The translations under genes were made by a program, and so were the position numbers. Below are positions 18,024 through 28,502 of a stretch of DNA of 64,000 nt, in pieces (the stretch's first letter is position 1; each line of letters begins with the position of its first letter). Source of the stretch: an uncultured Thermoanaerobaculia bacterium (GTDB lineage Bacteria; Acidobacteriota; Thermoanaerobaculia; Thermoanaerobaculales; Sulfomarinibacteraceae); NCBI GenBank assembly GCA_964423595.1, contig CAYRFI010000004.1:12327-76326 (forward strand), in the 5' to 3' direction. The notes under the pieces are model-generated. The model was given only the letters and a program-made list of their open reading frames with translations, searched no databases and had not been told where the DNA came from.

Positions 18024-19859
18024 ATGAGACAGTTGGGATTGACCGGCCTCGACCTGAGCATCATCGTCGTCTATCTGGTAGCGGTGACCGCCATCGGCTT
18101 TGCAATGCGACGCCGCGCCGCCAAGAGCGTGGAGTCCTACCTGCTCGGCGGCAAGGACATCCCCTGGTACATGCTGGGGCTGTCCAACGCCTCCGGGATG
18201 TTCGACATCTCGGGCACCATGTGGCTGGTCACCATCGGATTCGTTTACGGTTTGAAAAGCATCTGGCTGCCATGGCTGTGGCCGACCTTCAACCAGATCT
18301 TCCTTATGGTCTACCTGTCGGCGTGGCTCCGACGGTCGAACGTGACCACCGGCGCGCAGTGGATCGAGACCCGCTTTGGTACCGGGACAGGTGCCCGTCT
18401 GTCGCACACGGTGGTGGTGATCTTCGCGTTGATCGGCGGGCTCGGCTTCCTGGCCTACGGCTTCGTCGGCCTCGGCAAGTTCGTCGAGATCTTCCTCCCC
18501 TGGGAGGTCGTGCAGCCGCTTCTCGGGATCCACATCGCGCCCGAGTTCGTGCCTCACTTTTATGGCATCGTGTTCACCCTGGCGGCGGTCCTCTACACCA
18601 TTCTCGGCGGCATGCGCAGCATCGTGTTGGCCGACGTACTGCAGTTCACGATCATGACCATCTCGGCGGTAGTGGTTGCTGTGATCGCCATGACCGCGCT
18701 CGCCCACACACCGCTGGTCGTGCCCGACGGCTGGATGAGTCCGTGGTTCGGTTGGGAGCTCGACCTCGATTGGTCCGGCATCATCGCAGAGGTGAGCCAA
18801 AAGATCTCCTCGGACCAATTCTCGCTCTTCACGGTCTTTTTCATGATGATGGTTTTCAAGGGAATCCTCGTCAGCGCCGCCGGCCCGGCGCCCAACTACG
18901 ATATGCAGAAGATCCTCGCTACACGGTCGCCCCGCGAAGGGGCGCTGATGAGCGGCTTCGTGAGCCTCGTCCTGGCGCCGGCACGGTACCTGATGATCGC
19001 CGGATTCGTGGTTCTGGGGCTTCTGTTCTACGACCGGCTCGATCTGATCTCCGGAGGACAGCTCGACTTCGAACAGATTCTGCCGTCGGCCATCAACGAG
19101 TTCGTACCCGCGGGCTTTACCGGTGTCCTGCTTGCGGGCCTCGCCGCGGCCTTCGTCTCCACCTTCTCGGGGACCCTCAACGCGGCCCAGGCCTACGTGG
19201 TGAACGACCTCTACCACAAGTACATCGACCCCAAGGCCTCACACAAGCGCACGGTGATCGTCAACTACGCGAGTGGCTTACTCATTGTCGTCATCAGTAT
19301 CGTCCTCGGCTTATTCGCCAAGAACGTCAACAACATGCTGCAGTGGATCGTGTCGGCTCTGTGGGGAGCCTATCTCTCCTCCAACGTGCTCAAGTGGTAC
19401 TGGTGGCGGTTCAACGGCTACGGCTACTTCTGGGGCATGGTGGCGGGAATCATTCCGGCCCTCATCTTCCCGACCATCTGGTCCGAGATGCTGCCGCTCT
19501 ATTACTTCCCGCACCTGATGGGGATCTCGCTGGTCGGATGTATTCTCGGCACCTATCTGACCAAAGCGACCGACAGGGAAACCTTGAAGGCCTTTTACCG
19601 CTCGGTGAGGCCATGGGGATTCTGGGGGCCGATCCAACTCGAGGTCGAGGCCGAGGACCCGGATTTCAGGCGCAACACGAACTTCAAACGCGACATGGTC
19701 AACGTGGTGGTCGGCACGATCTGGCAGACGGCGCTGGTGGCGATGCCGATCTACTTCGTGCTCATGCGATGGACGCCGGTCGCCGTCACGGCGGCGATTG
19801 TGGTCGTGACGATGATCTTCCTCAAGAAGAACTGGTACGACAAGCTGGAGAGGGAATGA
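18024..19859 (+). CDS. Sodium:solute symporter (SSF family), first gene of the mannan operon
   Basis: Polytopic SSF-like sequence. ATG 18024 is preceded by GGGGGA. The stop overlaps the next start (ATGA). Confidence 0.8.
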   Translation: MRQLGLTGLDLSIIVVYLVAVTAIGFAMRRRAAKSVESYLLGGKDIPWYMLGLSNASGMFDISGTMWLVTIGFVYGLKSIWLPWLWPTFNQIFLMVYLSAWLRRSNVTTGAQWIETRFGTGTGARLSHTVVVIFALIGGLGFLAYGFVGLGKFVEIFLPWEVVQPLLGIHIAPEFVPHFYGIVFTLAAVLYTILGGMRSIVLADVLQFTIMTISAVVVAVIAMTALAHTPLVVPDGWMSPWFGWELDLDWSGIIAEVSQKISSDQFSLFTVFFMMMVFKGILVSAAGPAPNYDMQKILATRSPREGALMSGFVSLVLAPARYLMIAGFVVLGLLFYDRLDLISGGQLDFEQILPSAINEFVPAGFTGVLLAGLAAAFVSTFSGTLNAAQAYVVNDLYHKYIDPKASHKRTVIVNYASGLLIVVISIVLGLFAKNVNNMLQWIVSALWGAYLSSNVLKWYWWRFNGYGYFWGMVAGIIPALIFPTIWSEMLPLYYFPHLMGISLVGCILGTYLTKATDRETLKAFYRSVRPWGFWGPIQLEVEAEDPDFRRNTNFKRDMVNVVVGTIWQTALVAMPIYFVLMRWTPVAVTAAIVVVTMIFLKKNWYDKLERE

Positions 19860-21724
19860 AATGCGAAACCCTTCGCTCGGCCCTGTTCGACACTGCCCTG
19901 GCGGTGGTATGCGCCGGATGCTTCGCATCGTGCGCACCGAAGCCTGCGCCGCTGGTTTCGGCCCAGATCGGGTTCGTGACAGCTCGCGGCGACGGTCTCT
20001 TCGACGGCAAGGAAGAGTTTCGCTTTCTCTCGTTCAACGTTCCCAACCTCCATTACATCGAAGACGACCTCCGCTTCGCTCAGGCGATGCCGTTTCGATG
20101 GCCGGTTGAGTTCGAGGTCCGCGACGCCCTCGATTCGATCCGCCAGATGGGCGGCCGGGTGGTTCGCACCTACACCCTGTCGATACGCAAGGCGGACGAC
20201 CCACCGGAGATGCCGCGTCATGTCCTCGGACCGGATAAGTTCGACGAACGGGCCTTCGAGGCCCTTGACATGGTGCTCGACGTCGCTCGAGCCAAGGGAA
20301 TCCGAGTCATTATCCCGATGATTGACAATTGGTCCTGGTGGGGAGGGGTGACCGAGTACGCGAGCTTTCGAGGCAAAACCCGCAGCGCCTTCTGGTCGGA
20401 CCCGCAGCTTGTCGAGGATTACAAGCACATGATTCGGTTCGTGCTCGAGCGCGTCAACACGCGCACCGGGGTGGCCTACAAGGACGACCCGACGATCCTC
20501 GCCTGGGAGACCGGCAACGAGCTCCACTGCCCGCACAGTTGGACCGCGGAGATTGCCGCCTTCATCAAGGAGATCGATCCCAATCACCTCGTGATCGACG
20601 GCCGGCACGAACAGGTTCTGCGCCGGGAGACGATCGATGATCCCAATATCGACCTTGTGCAGACCCACCATTACGAGAAGGACCCGCGTGAAATGATCGC
20701 CAACATCCGCCGCAGCGCGGCCCTGGCGCGCGGACGAAAGCCCTATCACGTCGGCGAGTTCGGCTTCCTGACCACAGCCGGCATGACGGCGGTGATGGAC
20801 ACCATCATCGATGAGGGCCTGGTCGGAGGATTCATGTGGTCGTTGCGCTTTCACAGCCAGGACGGCGGTTTCTACTGGCACTCGGAGCCGCACGGCGGAG
20901 ATCTCTTCAAGGCGTACCATTGGCCCGGCTTCGCATCCGGTGAGGTCTATGACGAAGCCCGACTGCTGCGCGAGACCCGTCGCCGTGCGTTCTCGATCCG
21001 CGGCATCCGCGACCCGGAACGCGGGGTCCCCGCAGCGCCAGTCCTCATCAATGTCGGCTCCGGCGGACTCTTGTCCTGGCGCGGATCTGCGGGCGCGAAT
21101 CTTTACGACATACAGAGGACGGAGTCTCTCGAGGACGCGTGGCGCACCGTCACAGCCGGAGTTTCCGACGCCGCCGTGCAATACCGTCCGCTGTACTCCG
21201 ACCAGTCGGTGATCCCCGGCAGGAGCTACTGGTACCGAGTCGTGGCACGCAACGACGCCGGCCGTTCCGCGCCGTCGGAACCGTCCGGCCCGGTCACCAT
21301 GACCCACCGCACGCTGGTCGACGAGCTCTGGAACGGCTCGCGGATGTTCTTCTCCGTCGGCTCACTCGAGTTCCGCAGCGACCGGGCGCGGAGATTCAAG
21401 GAGGACGCGCATGCGCTGACGGGCGGCAAGGGCTCGGCAGCGGTCTACCGGACCGACGGGCCGATCATCGGCGGCCGCATCTGGGCGTTCGCGGACACGG
21501 CTGATGAACACGTCACGTTCAGCGTCTCCGGCGACGGCGAGGATTTCTCGGTGATCAAACCCTACGTGGAGTCCATTTTGCCCGGCGACACCGCCACCTA
21601 CGGCTACTGGCGGCCGGTCCGTTACCGCCTCGACGACCCGCCGATAGGGACACGGTTCCTGCGAATGGAGTTCGAAGGGGCCCCCGTGCGTATCACCCGC
21701 ATCGAGCTCGAGTACGGTGAGTAG
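19856..21724 (+). CDS. GH5-type beta-mannanase-like lipoprotein with C-terminal FN3-like and beta-sandwich domains
   Basis: MKCETLRSALFDTALAVVCAGCFASC (lipobox); ILAWETGNELHCP (NE acid/base); YHVGEFGF (nucleophile); YWYRVVARNDAGRSAPSEP (FN3-like). The 1167-aa ORF in the track is this gene plus an out-of-context 5' extension across the symporter. Confidence 0.7.
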   Translation: MKCETLRSALFDTALAVVCAGCFASCAPKPAPLVSAQIGFVTARGDGLFDGKEEFRFLSFNVPNLHYIEDDLRFAQAMPFRWPVEFEVRDALDSIRQMGGRVVRTYTLSIRKADDPPEMPRHVLGPDKFDERAFEALDMVLDVARAKGIRVIIPMIDNWSWWGGVTEYASFRGKTRSAFWSDPQLVEDYKHMIRFVLERVNTRTGVAYKDDPTILAWETGNELHCPHSWTAEIAAFIKEIDPNHLVIDGRHEQVLRRETIDDPNIDLVQTHHYEKDPREMIANIRRSAALARGRKPYHVGEFGFLTTAGMTAVMDTIIDEGLVGGFMWSLRFHSQDGGFYWHSEPHGGDLFKAYHWPGFASGEVYDEARLLRETRRRAFSIRGIRDPERGVPAAPVLINVGSGGLLSWRGSAGANLYDIQRTESLEDAWRTVTAGVSDAAVQYRPLYSDQSVIPGRSYWYRVVARNDAGRSAPSEPSGPVTMTHRTLVDELWNGSRMFFSVGSLEFRSDRARRFKEDAHALTGGKGSAAVYRTDGPIIGGRIWAFADTADEHVTFSVSGDGEDFSVIKPYVESILPGDTATYGYWRPVRYRLDDPPIGTRFLRMEFEGAPVRITRIELEYGE

Positions 21725-21730
21725 ACGACG

Positions 21731-22948
21731 GTGAACGCCGCGACGCTCCGTGCCGAGATCGCATCGGAGCTCGAGGGTAACCTCCTCCCGTTCTGGCGCG
21801 AGCGAAGTGTTGACAACGCCCACGGCGGCTTCGTGGCCGAGATGGCCTCGGACGGCACTGTTCGCGAGGGCACTCCGCGCGGCCTGATCCTCAACTCCCG
21901 CCTGCTGTGGACCTTTGCGGCCCTGTATCGCCGTCTCGGCCAAGAACGCGATCTCGAGCTGGCTCGGCACGCATTCGATGTCCTCGAATCGGGCTTCCGC
22001 GACCGCGAGAACGGTGGCTATTTCTGGCAGGTCGACGTCGACGGGCGAGCTCTCGACCGCTCCAAGAAGATCTACGGCCAGGCCTTTTGCACCTATGCAT
22101 TCAGCGAGTTCTCCCTGGCCACCGGGGAGCCCGAGCCGTTGGCGGCGGCGCGAGAGCTCTTCCACCTCATCGAGCGCCACGCGCACGACTCTGAAAATGG
22201 CGGCTACATCGAGGCCCGAGCCGCCGACTGGTCAGCGGCATCCGACCTGCGCCTCTCCGCCAAGGACATGGACACGGCCAAATCGATGAACACCCACCTC
22301 CACCTCCTCGAGGCCTACACCAATCTTTACCGCGCGTGGCCGGACTCAACAGTTGCGACGCGGCTCGATGAGCTCATCGGAATCTTCGGCCGACACATCA
22401 TCACTCGCGATGCGGACGACCGCCACCTCCAGCACTTCTTTGACGAGGCGTGGAACCCGTGTTCCGACACCAGGATCTACGGCCACGATATCGAAGCCGC
22501 GTGGCTGCTCTCTGAGGCGACCGAGGTCCTTGGCGACAAGGAGCTGGAGGCGACCGTTCGTCTGTGGGCGATCGAGCTCGCACGGACGACCCTGGTGCAG
22601 GCCATCGATGCCGACGGCGGGCTCGCCTTTGAAGGCCGGGGCGGTGAGGTGGTCAACGCTGACCGCGATTGGTGGTGTCAAGCCGAAGCGGTGGTGGGAT
22701 TCTGGCACGTCTTCGAACTCACCGGCGAGCCGGCCTTTGCCGACGCGGCGGTCCGGATATGGCGATTCATCGACCGTCATCTGGTAGATAGGAACCGGGG
22801 TGAATGGTTCTGGCGGGTTCGGGCCGACGGTACGGTGGACGAGAACGAGCCCAAGGTCTCGGAGTGGAAGGGGCCTTACCACACGGTGCGGATGTGCCTC
22901 GAGATGGCGCGGCGCCTCGGCGACAATGCGAACGGGGAGATGCCATGA
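21731..22948 (+). CDS. AGE-family epimerase, cellobiose/mannobiose 2-epimerase-like
   Basis: [33 protein letters not shown] and [11 protein letters not shown] indicate the (alpha/alpha)6 AGE fold. GTG start. The stop overlaps the GH130 start. The context matches the CE + GH130 pathway. Confidence 0.8.
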   Translation: MNAATLRAEIASELEGNLLPFWRERSVDNAHGGFVAEMASDGTVREGTPRGLILNSRLLWTFAALYRRLGQERDLELARHAFDVLESGFRDRENGGYFWQVDVDGRALDRSKKIYGQAFCTYAFSEFSLATGEPEPLAAARELFHLIERHAHDSENGGYIEARAADWSAASDLRLSAKDMDTAKSMNTHLHLLEAYTNLYRAWPDSTVATRLDELIGIFGRHIITRDADDRHLQHFFDEAWNPCSDTRIYGHDIEAAWLLSEATEVLGDKELEATVRLWAIELARTTLVQAIDADGGLAFEGRGGEVVNADRDWWCQAEAVVGFWHVFELTGEPAFADAAVRIWRFIDRHLVDRNRGEWFWRVRADGTVDENEPKVSEWKGPYHTVRMCLEMARRLGDNANGEMP

Positions 22949-24132
22949 AACAGCAGGAGTTCGACGAGCGGAGGCAACAGCTCTTTCGCGACTACGAGGA
23001 GCTGGTGACGCGACCCAACGAGCCGGTTGAGAAAAACAACGGGGTCATCCAGCGCTGGACGTACCCGGTGCTGACCGCCGACCACACGCCGCCATTTTGG
23101 CGCTATGATCTCGACCCGGCGACCAACTCGCATTTCATGGAGCGAATCGGTGTCAACGCAGTCTCCAACCCCGGCGCTATCGAGCTCGGCGGCACGTTCT
23201 GCCTGATGGCGCGGGTCGAGGGCGTCGACCGCAAGAGCTTTTTCGCAGTTGCCGAGAGCACGAGCGGCGTCGATGGTTTCCGCTTCCGCGACCGCCCGGT
23301 AGTGATGCCCGAAACCTCGAACCCCGACGTCAACGTTTACGACATGCGGCTGGTTGCGCACGAGGACGGCCACATTTACGGGCTCTTCTGCACCGAGCGC
23401 AAAGATCCGGACGCGCCGCGCGGGGACCTCTCGTCGGCGGTCGCCCAGTGCGGCATTGCCCGCACCGCCGACCTCGAAGCCTGGCAGCGCCTGGCCGATC
23501 TGAAGACGCGCTCGCCGCAGCAGCGCAACGTCGTCCTCCACCCTGAGTTCATCGACGGCAAGTACGCTTTCTACACCCGTCCCCAGGATGGGTTCATCGA
23601 GGCCGGGTCCGGCGGCGGTATCGGTTGGGGGCTGTCGGAAAGCATCGAAGAGGCGGTGATCGACGACGAGATCATCGTTCACGACCGCAAGTACCACACC
23701 ATCACCGAGGTCAAGAACGGGCTCGGCCCAGCCCCGGTCAGAACCGGCGAAGGCTGGCTGCAGCTGGCGCACGGGGTCCGCGGTACCGCATCGGGACTGC
23801 GCTACGTGCTCTACGCCTTCATGACCGACCTCGAAGAACCATGGCATGTGATCCATGAACCCGGCGGCTACCTGCTCGCTCCGCAGGGCGAGGAGTACAT
23901 CGGCGACGTCATGAACGTGACCTTCTCCTGCGGCTGGATCGCCCGCGCGGATGGCGAGCTCCTCATCTACTACGCGTCGTCGGACACCCGCTGTCACGTC
24001 GCGACGACGACGATCGAGCGACTGGTCGACTATTGCAGGAACACTCCGTCCGACCCGCTGCGCTCCGCCGACTGCGTCAAACAAAGGGTCGACCTCATCG
24101 ACAAAAACCTCAAGCTGATGGGAGGTGCGTGA
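22945..24132 (+). CDS. GH130 4-O-beta-D-mannosyl-D-glucose phosphorylase-like
   Basis: Full-length GH130_1-type sequence: N-terminal helical [11 protein letters not shown]..., [46 protein letters not shown]. The start is trimmed to ATG 22945. Confidence 0.85.
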   Translation: MKQQEFDERRQQLFRDYEELVTRPNEPVEKNNGVIQRWTYPVLTADHTPPFWRYDLDPATNSHFMERIGVNAVSNPGAIELGGTFCLMARVEGVDRKSFFAVAESTSGVDGFRFRDRPVVMPETSNPDVNVYDMRLVAHEDGHIYGLFCTERKDPDAPRGDLSSAVAQCGIARTADLEAWQRLADLKTRSPQQRNVVLHPEFIDGKYAFYTRPQDGFIEAGSGGGIGWGLSESIEEAVIDDEIIVHDRKYHTITEVKNGLGPAPVRTGEGWLQLAHGVRGTASGLRYVLYAFMTDLEEPWHVIHEPGGYLLAPQGEEYIGDVMNVTFSCGWIARADGELLIYYASSDTRCHVATTTIERLVDYCRNTPSDPLRSADCVKQRVDLIDKNLKLMGGA

Positions 24133-25358
24133 TGAAGAGGGTCGCTCTCGCGCTGATCCCGATGCTCCTGAGCGTGGCCGCGACCGTTCACGCCCAGAAG
24201 TTCGAGGACCTGGCCCAGACACCGCCGATGGGGTGGAACAGCTGGAACCACTTTGGATGCGATGTCACCGAACAGCTGATCCGTGAAACCGCCGACGCAA
24301 TGGTGAGCTCGGGCATGCGCGGCGCCGGATACCGTTACGTCAACATCGACGACTGCTGGCACGGCGAACGCGACGCAGACGGTTTCATCCAACCCGACCC
24401 GGAGCGGTTTCCCTCGGGCATGAAGGCGCTCGCCGACTATGTCCACTCCAGGGGCCTCAAGCTCGGTATCTACTCCGACGCCGGTTGGGAGACCTGCGCC
24501 GCCCAGCCGGGGAGTCGTGGTTACGAGTACCAGGACGCCCTCACCTACGCACGTTGGGGCATCGACTACCTCAAGTACGACTGGTGCAACATTGCGGGCC
24601 TCAACGCCGAAGGCGCCTATCAGACGATGGCGAGAGCGATCGCTGCAGCGGGCCGGCCGGTGGTCTTCAGCCTCTGTGAGTGGGGCTCCAACCGGCCCTG
24701 GGAATGGGCTCGAGAAATCGGCCATCTGTGGCGCACCACCGGCGACATCACTGCGTGCTGGGATTGCGAGGTCGATCACGGCAGCTGGTCGTCGTGGGGC
24801 GTGCTGCGCATCCTCGACCTGCAGGATGGTTTGCGCATCCACGCCGGACCCGGTCACTGGAACGATCCCGACATGATGGAGGTCGGCAACGGCATGAGCG
24901 AGAGCGAGGATCGGGGCCACTTCTCGATGTGGGCGATGCTTGCCGCGCCGATGATCGCCGGCAACGACCTCCGGACCATGTCCGAGGAAACGCGCCGGAT
25001 TCTCACCAACTCCGAGGTGATCGCGGTCAACCAGGACGCGCTCGGCATCCAGGGCTTCAAGTATTCCGACGATGGCGATCTCGAGATCTGGTTCAAACCG
25101 CTCGCCGAAGAGGACTGGGCGGTGTGCATTCTCAACCGGGGTCCCTCGGCTCGGAAGGTGGAGTTCACCTGGCAGGGCGAACCGGTCGCCGACGATTTTT
25201 CTGGCAGAGAGACTCTTTTTAAGGCGAGGCTCTATCGAATCCGGGATCTGTGGTCTGGAGACGATCTGGGCACCACGCGGCAGACTCTCGAAGCAGAGGT
25301 CCCAGAGCACGACGTTTTGATGATGCGCCTCACCCGGCTTCTCGAGCCCGGCGAGTGA
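24132..25358 (+). CDS. GH27 alpha-galactosidase, secreted
   Basis: TPPMGWNSWNHFGCDV..., YRYVNIDDCW and LKYDWC. Signal peptide [21 protein letters not shown]. Confidence 0.85.
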   Translation: MKRVALALIPMLLSVAATVHAQKFEDLAQTPPMGWNSWNHFGCDVTEQLIRETADAMVSSGMRGAGYRYVNIDDCWHGERDADGFIQPDPERFPSGMKALADYVHSRGLKLGIYSDAGWETCAAQPGSRGYEYQDALTYARWGIDYLKYDWCNIAGLNAEGAYQTMARAIAAAGRPVVFSLCEWGSNRPWEWAREIGHLWRTTGDITACWDCEVDHGSWSSWGVLRILDLQDGLRIHAGPGHWNDPDMMEVGNGMSESEDRGHFSMWAMLAAPMIAGNDLRTMSEETRRILTNSEVIAVNQDALGIQGFKYSDDGDLEIWFKPLAEEDWAVCILNRGPSARKVEFTWQGEPVADDFSGRETLFKARLYRIRDLWSGDDLGTTRQTLEAEVPEHDVLMMRLTRLLEPGE

Positions 25359-25371
25359 CGGAGACGACCCC

Positions 25372-27294
25372 ATGCGGATAACCTTCATCCTGACGACCCT
25401 GATGGCCCTTGCCCAACCCGCGGCAGCAAAGCTCACGGTGGGCGAACTCTTCGGTGACGGGATGGTGTTGCAACGCGATGCCACCGTCCCTGTCTGGGGA
25501 ACGGCGCCGTCCGGAATGCACATCACCGTTGCCATCGCCAATCGCACAGCCAAAGCCCAAGCCGACGCGAGGGGCCGCTGGCGGGCGGAGCTTCAGCCGA
25601 TGGCGGCCGGTGGGCCGTACGAGCTGACGATCACGAGTGACGGCCAGGATCTGAGCTTCGCCAACGTGCTGGTAGGCGACGTCTGGATCTGCTCCGGCCA
25701 GTCCAACATGGAATGGACGGTGGCGGATTCGATGAAAGCAGCGCAGGAGATCGCAGCGGCCCACGATCCCGCGATCCGCCAGTTCAAGGTCCCCAGATCA
25801 TGGGCCGAAGAGCCGGAGACCTCGCTCGCCGGAGGATCGTGGGAGCCCGCCGATCCTGAGCACGTTGGCGCATTCACTGCGGTGGGTTACTTCTTCGCCC
25901 GCGAGCTACGTCGTCACCACGACGTGCCCATCGGCCTCATCAACACCACCTGGGGCGGCAGCCGCATCGAGCCCTGGATGAGCGCCGGTTCGCTCGGTCT
26001 TGATGCAGACGGTGTGGCCCGGATTCTTGCCACCGAAGAGGTCGACGAACTGGAGACCCTTCACGCGATTCGCGCACGCATCGGCGACCTGCCCGACACC
26101 GACCACGGCCTCGTCGACGGGCTGGCGCTGTGGGCCGATTCAGAACTCGACGACTCGGGATGGCAAAAGACGAGCGCGGCGTCAGTGTGGGAGGACCAGG
26201 GCTGGGAGGGCATGGACGGCGTCGCCTGGTACCGCACCACGTTCACCCTCACGGCCGAGGAGGCGCAGACGGAGGTCCTTCTCGGTCTCGGGACGATTGA
26301 CGATTCCGACATTACCTGGGTCAACGGACACGAGGTGGGCCGGACGATGCTGGCCTGGAACAAACCGCGGGTTTACGCCGTGCATCCGGCCACTTTGAAA
26401 GAGGGACGCAACGTCATCGCCGTGCGGGTCGAGGACACCGGTGGCGGCGGTGGTCTTTATGGTGATTCCGATCAGCGGTACGTCGAGATCGCCGGAACCA
26501 AGCGTCCACTCGCCGGCCCCTGGCGCTTCCAGGTCGGTCTGGTCACGATCAACACCGACTACCGGAAAAACCAGGTACCGACGGTGCTCTACAACAAGAT
26601 GGTGCACCCGTTGCTGCCCTACCCGGTCGCCGGCTTCATCTGGTACCAAGGCGAATCCAACGCTGGTCGCGATGACGCCCTCGCCTACCGCTTGCTGTTT
26701 GCGACGATGATTCAGGAGTGGCGTGCGGGTTGGGGGCTGGGCGAGCTGCCGTTCCTTTGGGTGCAGCTTGCCAACTACATGGCCGCGGCCGACCAGCCCG
26801 GCGACAGCGACTGGGCCGTGCTCCGCGAATCACAGTCGGCGGCGTTGACCCTCCCGAAGACCGCGCAAGCGGTGATCATTGACATCGGTGAGGCTGACGA
26901 CATCCACCCGCGAAACAAGCAAGAGGTCGGCCGTCGTCTGGCATTGGCGGCGCGCGGGGTCGCGTACGGAGAAGAGATCGTTTTCTCCGGTCCCGTGTAC
27001 CGCTCGCACGTGGTGCGGGACGGCCGCGTGATCATCGACTTCGATCACGTCGGCGGCGGGCTGGTAGCCAGGGGGAACGCGGAAGGGAAGCTGGCGGAGT
27101 TCGCCATCGCCGGAGCCGACCGACACTTTGTGTGGGCCGAAGCGATCATTGAAGACAACAGGGTGGTGGTGTGGAGCGACGAAGTTCAAGAGCCGGTGGC
27201 GGTGCGCTACGCCTGGGCCGACAACCCTGACGGAGCGAATCTCTACAACGCGGAAGATCTCCCTGCATCACCGTTCCGCACGGATTCCTGGTAG
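25372..27294 (+). CDS. SASA/DUF303-type carbohydrate O-acetylesterase (sialate-O-acetylesterase-like) with inserted galactose-binding-like domain
   Basis: GDVWICSGQSNMEW (SGNH-like GQSNM motif), FIWYQGESN and WYRTTFTL...WVNGHEVG (GH2_N-like sugar-binding insert). Confidence 0.75.
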   Translation: MRITFILTTLMALAQPAAAKLTVGELFGDGMVLQRDATVPVWGTAPSGMHITVAIANRTAKAQADARGRWRAELQPMAAGGPYELTITSDGQDLSFANVLVGDVWICSGQSNMEWTVADSMKAAQEIAAAHDPAIRQFKVPRSWAEEPETSLAGGSWEPADPEHVGAFTAVGYFFARELRRHHDVPIGLINTTWGGSRIEPWMSAGSLGLDADGVARILATEEVDELETLHAIRARIGDLPDTDHGLVDGLALWADSELDDSGWQKTSAASVWEDQGWEGMDGVAWYRTTFTLTAEEAQTEVLLGLGTIDDSDITWVNGHEVGRTMLAWNKPRVYAVHPATLKEGRNVIAVRVEDTGGGGGLYGDSDQRYVEIAGTKRPLAGPWRFQVGLVTINTDYRKNQVPTVLYNKMVHPLLPYPVAGFIWYQGESNAGRDDALAYRLLFATMIQEWRAGWGLGELPFLWVQLANYMAAADQPGDSDWAVLRESQSAALTLPKTAQAVIIDIGEADDIHPRNKQEVGRRLALAARGVAYGEEIVFSGPVYRSHVVRDGRVIIDFDHVGGGLVARGNAEGKLAEFAIAGADRHFVWAEAIIEDNRVVVWSDEVQEPVAVRYAWADNPDGANLYNAEDLPASPFRTDSW

Positions 27295-27309
27295 AAAGGA
27301 GGATGGCTC

Positions 27310-28299
27310 ATGCGCGTTCTGTTCATCGGCGGAACCGGCACCATCAGCTCGGCCTGCACTCGACTCGCAGCGGAGCGCGGGATCGAGCTCTACGTTCTGA
27401 ACCGGGGCCACAGCTGGCGGCCGATCCCCGATGAGGTCACCCGCCTCATGGGAGACATTCGTGACCCGGCGTCTGCCGTAAGCGCGATCGGCAAGCTCAA
27501 GTTCGACGCAGTCGTCGACTGGGTGGCCTTCACCCCCGAGCATGTCGAGACCGACCTCGAGCTGTTCCGGGACCGTACGGGCCACTACTTCTTCATCAGC
27601 TCGGCGTCCGCCTACCAGACGCCGCCAACCAGCTTGCCGGTGACCGAGTCGACAATCCTCGACAACCCGATCTGGCAGTACTCGCGCGACAAAATCGCGT
27701 GTGAGGAAAGGCTCGTCCGCGCCTACCGCGAGGAGCACTTCCCCTCCACCATCGTCCGCCCGTCCCACACCTACGACTGTTCTCTGCCACCCCCGCGCGG
27801 GGGGTGGACGGCGGTCGACCGTATGCGCCGCGGAGAGCCGGTGGTGGTTCACGGCGACGGCTCGAGCGTCTGGACCCTGACCCACCACCGCGACTTCGCC
27901 AAAGGCCTCATCGGACTCCTGGGTCGCGAGGACGCCATCGGCGAATCCTTCCACATCACTTCTGACGAATGGCTGAACTGGGACCGGATCAACCAGATCC
28001 TGGCGCGGGCGGCCGGCACCACCGCCGAGATCGTTCACGTACCGTCAGAAGTCATCCACCGCTACGATCGCAGATGGGGGGAGAGCCTGCTCGGTGACAA
28101 GACCCACAGCAAGATCTTCGACAACTCCAAGATCAAGCGCTTTGTCCCCGACTTCAGAGCGACAATTCCCTTTTCACGGGGCGCCGAGGAGATCGTCACC
28201 TGGTTCGACACCGACCCATCACGCAAGATCATCGATGAAGAGCTCGACCAGACGATGACTCGGATCATCGCCGACTGGCGACAAGCGTTCCCCGTCTGA
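27310..28299 (+). CDS. NAD-dependent epimerase/dehydratase-family SDR
   Basis: MRVLFIGGTGTISSAC (Rossmann GxxGxxG); YSRDK (YxxxK). Confidence 0.75.
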   Translation: MRVLFIGGTGTISSACTRLAAERGIELYVLNRGHSWRPIPDEVTRLMGDIRDPASAVSAIGKLKFDAVVDWVAFTPEHVETDLELFRDRTGHYFFISSASAYQTPPTSLPVTESTILDNPIWQYSRDKIACEERLVRAYREEHFPSTIVRPSHTYDCSLPPPRGGWTAVDRMRRGEPVVVHGDGSSVWTLTHHRDFAKGLIGLLGREDAIGESFHITSDEWLNWDRINQILARAAGTTAEIVHVPSEVIHRYDRRWGESLLGDKTHSKIFDNSKIKRFVPDFRATIPFSRGAEEIVTWFDTDPSRKIIDEELDQTMTRIIADWRQAFPV

Positions 28300-28333
28300 G
28301 GTTATGGTCCAGTGGGACCCTGGGCGTGTGGGA

Positions 28334-28361
28334 ATTCCTCATTCCTCATTCCTCATTTCAA
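28334..28361. repeat. Solo tandem heptamer array ATTCCTC x3 (+ATTTCAA)
   Basis: Read directly as ATTCCTC ATTCCTC ATTCCTC ATTTCAA. I saw no inverted partner nearby. A small hairpin GGTCC-AGTG-GGACC at 28306-28319 precedes it. The array contains the stop codon of the SDR remnant. Confidence 0.75.
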
Positions 28362-28480
28362 ATCGTCGGCGTCTCGCTGCCGCCGCAGACCGGAATGAAG
28401 GCACCGGTGATGAACTCCGCGAGTTCCGATGCGAGAAATGAGACCGCGTTGGCGACGTCCTGATCGGTCCCCCGAGATCG
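28358..28480 (-). pseudogene. Remnant of the C-terminus of a classical short-chain dehydrogenase (about the last 40 codons only)
   Basis: The translation ...GTDQDVANAVSFLASELAEFITGAFIPVCGGSETPTI* matches the conserved SDR C-terminal block (xEVAxxVxFLASDxAxxITGxxIxVDGG). There is no Rossmann N-terminus, because the RraA-like gene ends at 28503. Confidence 0.5.
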
Positions 28481-28502
28481 ATCTTCGTGACCATGGTCCA
28501 CC

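Noticed and set aside
18221-19855. 5' 545 codons of the 1167-aa ORF 18221-21724
   Set aside because: This part runs out of frame across the well-supported symporter gene and translates to Arg/Pro/Gly-rich nonsense. The real gene starts at ATG 19856 with a lipoprotein signal peptide.
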